NCBI RefSeq assembly: GCF_004010195.1
Contig: NC_057718.1
Location: 15,120,809-15,184,808 of the forward strand
Source: Chiloscyllium plagiosum
Lineage: Eukaryota
Direction: 5' to 3'
DNA length: 64,000 nt
Position 1 is the stretch's first letter; the number at the start of each line of letters is the position of its first letter. Below the pieces are notes generated by a model. The model saw only the letters and a list, made by a program, of their open reading frames with translations, was not told the origin of the DNA and did no database searches. This document shows, piece after piece, positions 62,028-64,000 of the stretch. The position numbers were made by a program, and so were the translations under genes.

Positions 62028-64000
62028 GATGTGGAGATGCTGGTGTTGGACTGGGGTGGACAAAGTTAAAAATCACAAAACGTTCCTGATGAAGAGCTTA
62101 TGCTTGAAACGTCGATGCTTCTGCTCCTTGGATGCTGCCTGACCAGTTGTGCTTTTCCAGCAACACGCTCTTCGACTCTGATCTCCAGCATCTGCAGTCT
62201 TCACTTTCTTCAAGTTGATTATAATCTTACTGCAAAGCCTCCTCCAAGGATGCCTCCCTTGAAGTTGTCCTCTTCCTTCCTCAAAGGATCTCAGTGAGTC
62301 TCTGTCTTACTGTACCCCCCCAGGTCATCTTCCCTGCCCTGAAACTGTTCTGCCACGTCCTGAAACAGACTTGCTACCACAGCCACATCTCCTTCCTCAG
62401 CATCTGCCTATGGAACCGACTGATCCGGCATGGATGCCGGACTACATTCAGACCATCACAATTTGGATCTGAACAGAACAACCAGTACCTACAACAAATC
62501 CAAAGCCTCCTGAAATGGTTCTCCTTCTGGATCCTCCGCTCCAGACTCGCAGCCATGCACTGCCACTTACTCTCCCTGTAGTCAGCCCTGTCCCAGCTCA
62601 GGGCCACACTCTCCCAGACCTGCAAAGGACCTCTGATGTTTCAACCTCAAAGTCAGGGAACCCTGTACCACCCGGTTCTATCTCCTACCCAAAATCCAAA
62701 ACCTGACTGCCCCCAGTCGACCCATTGTCTCAGCCTGCTCCTGCCCTGCTGAACTTATCTCTGCATACCTTGACATCATCCTGTCCCCCTTAGTCCAGGA
62801 ACCCCCCACCTATGTTCGGGACACCACCCACACCCTCCACTCTCCTCCATGACCTTCATTTCCCGGGTCCCCAACATCTTATCTTCGCCATGGTCATCCA
62901 GTCGCTAAGAGCTCATTCCTGATGAAGAGCTTATGCTCAAAACATTGTTTCTCCTGATTTTTGGATGCTGCCTGAACAGCTGTGCTTTTCCAGCACCACC
63001 TTCAATACTAGGTTATGGTCCAACAGGCTTATTTGGAAGTACAAGCTCTCGGAGCATTGCTCCTTTGCCAGGTAACTAGTGGGGTAGGGTCATAGGACAC
63101 AGAATTTATAGTAATAGGTCAAAGTGTCATACAACTGATGCGATGTATTGAACAAACCTAGATTGCTGCAGTCTTTCATCACTGAGAATGGGGATGCAGG
63201 TTTCGATTGATTAAAATGTAAATCCCAGAACTTCTTTCAAGTCATCGTCCCGAGATAACTTAAAGCTTGATTTAAAAAAAAGTGACATCTCAACTCAGAC
63301 AATGCATTAAAGTTGTGAAGTTAGAGTCTGTCTGTATCCCAGCCTTGAGTCAGACTGGTTCTATTTCCAAAGTAAGAATTTATAAAATGTCACATGGACT
63401 GCCTACACATTGTGTGCTTTTTGAACAAAATAGAATGTATCTGCAAATGCAAATTAACCCCATAGGCTTATATGCGTGCGTACTTGAGGGAGTGTGTACA
63501 TGAGAGGGAAAGTGTGTGTGTATACACATACTTGATAGTGTGCGCACAAACATGATAGAGTATAAACTTGATTCTGTGTCGATATGCATGATCTTCTTGG
63601 AGACCCTCTCCAGTTTGAGCCGGCAGTTGGTGGTGTCAATGGTATTCCTGATGTGGAGGTGCCAGTGTTAGACTGGGTGGACAAAGTTAAAAACCACACA
63701 CCACCGGGTTTATTTGGAAGTACAAGCGTTCGGAACGCTGCTCCTTCATCAGGTAACTAGTGGGGCAAGATCGTAGGACAGAATTTAAAGTGAAAAACCA
63801 AAGTGTCATACAACGGATGCAATGTATTGAACAAACCTAGATTGCTGTTAAGTCTTTCATCAGTTAGAATAGAGTTGCAGGTTTCAATTGATTAATATGT
63901 AAATCCCAGAACTTCTAGCTGTATGACCCTGTCCCACTAGTTACCTGACAAAGGAGCAGCAGTCCAAAAGCTTGTACTTTCAAATAAACCTGTTGAACTG
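62028..64000 (-). mobile_element. PLE family-B composite: two direct terminal repeats (63650-63918; 63003-63300 plus 62028-62081), ORF-start stub, and an inverted arm from 63920
   Basis: 63010-63235 repeated at ~63700-63915; reverse 63575-63650 reads TIDTTNCRLKLERVSKKI; degenerate hammerheads near 63055, 63735 and 63955. Confidence 0.8.
62083..63002 (+). mobile_element. Internally deleted PLE family-A element (repeat, ORF N-terminus, RT motifs, repeat) nested in the family-B repeat
   Basis: ALKLFCHVLKQTCYHSHISFL; FYLLPKI..RPIVSACSCPAELISAYLD..L.PLVQ..PTYVRDT..LIFAM; repeats at 62083-62210 and 62911-63002. Confidence 0.88.

Overview
Eukaryotic non-coding DNA, most likely from a shark (cartilaginous fish), inferred from HE1-type V-SINEs, their CR1-clade partner LINEs and a SacSINE1-like DeuSINE. 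I see no intact host gene; nearly all listed ORFs are decayed transposon pieces or chance. The window is a nested graveyard of CR1-clade LINEs (one near full length at ~52.3-58.0 kb with an esterase ORF1), Rex1/Babar LINEs, tRNA-derived SINEs, a 14-bp satellite and LTR-like remnants. The most interesting layer is about 20 short Penelope-like (PLE) terminal-repeat insertions from at least four unrelated families. Each carries a minimal type-I hammerhead ribozyme core (CUGANGA-N-helix II-GAAA followed by a palindromic ACGU or AGCU and the cleavage base). They occur as solo ~100-130 bp units, head-to-head inverted dimers and internally deleted direct tandems, including a 320-bp two-ribozyme retrozyme-like unit at 56.1-56.6 kb. 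Many have 7-17 bp target-site duplications (TSDs), and their 5' ends cluster just upstream of the catalytic core. Other oddities: reiterated internal template copies plus A-runs at a PLE 5' junction, two template-switch micro-inversions, a twin-priming-like CR1 inversion, and an unexplained ~335-bp palindrome at 38.4-38.75 kb. All family names are from recognition by eye, and boundaries are approximate unless a TSD is given.
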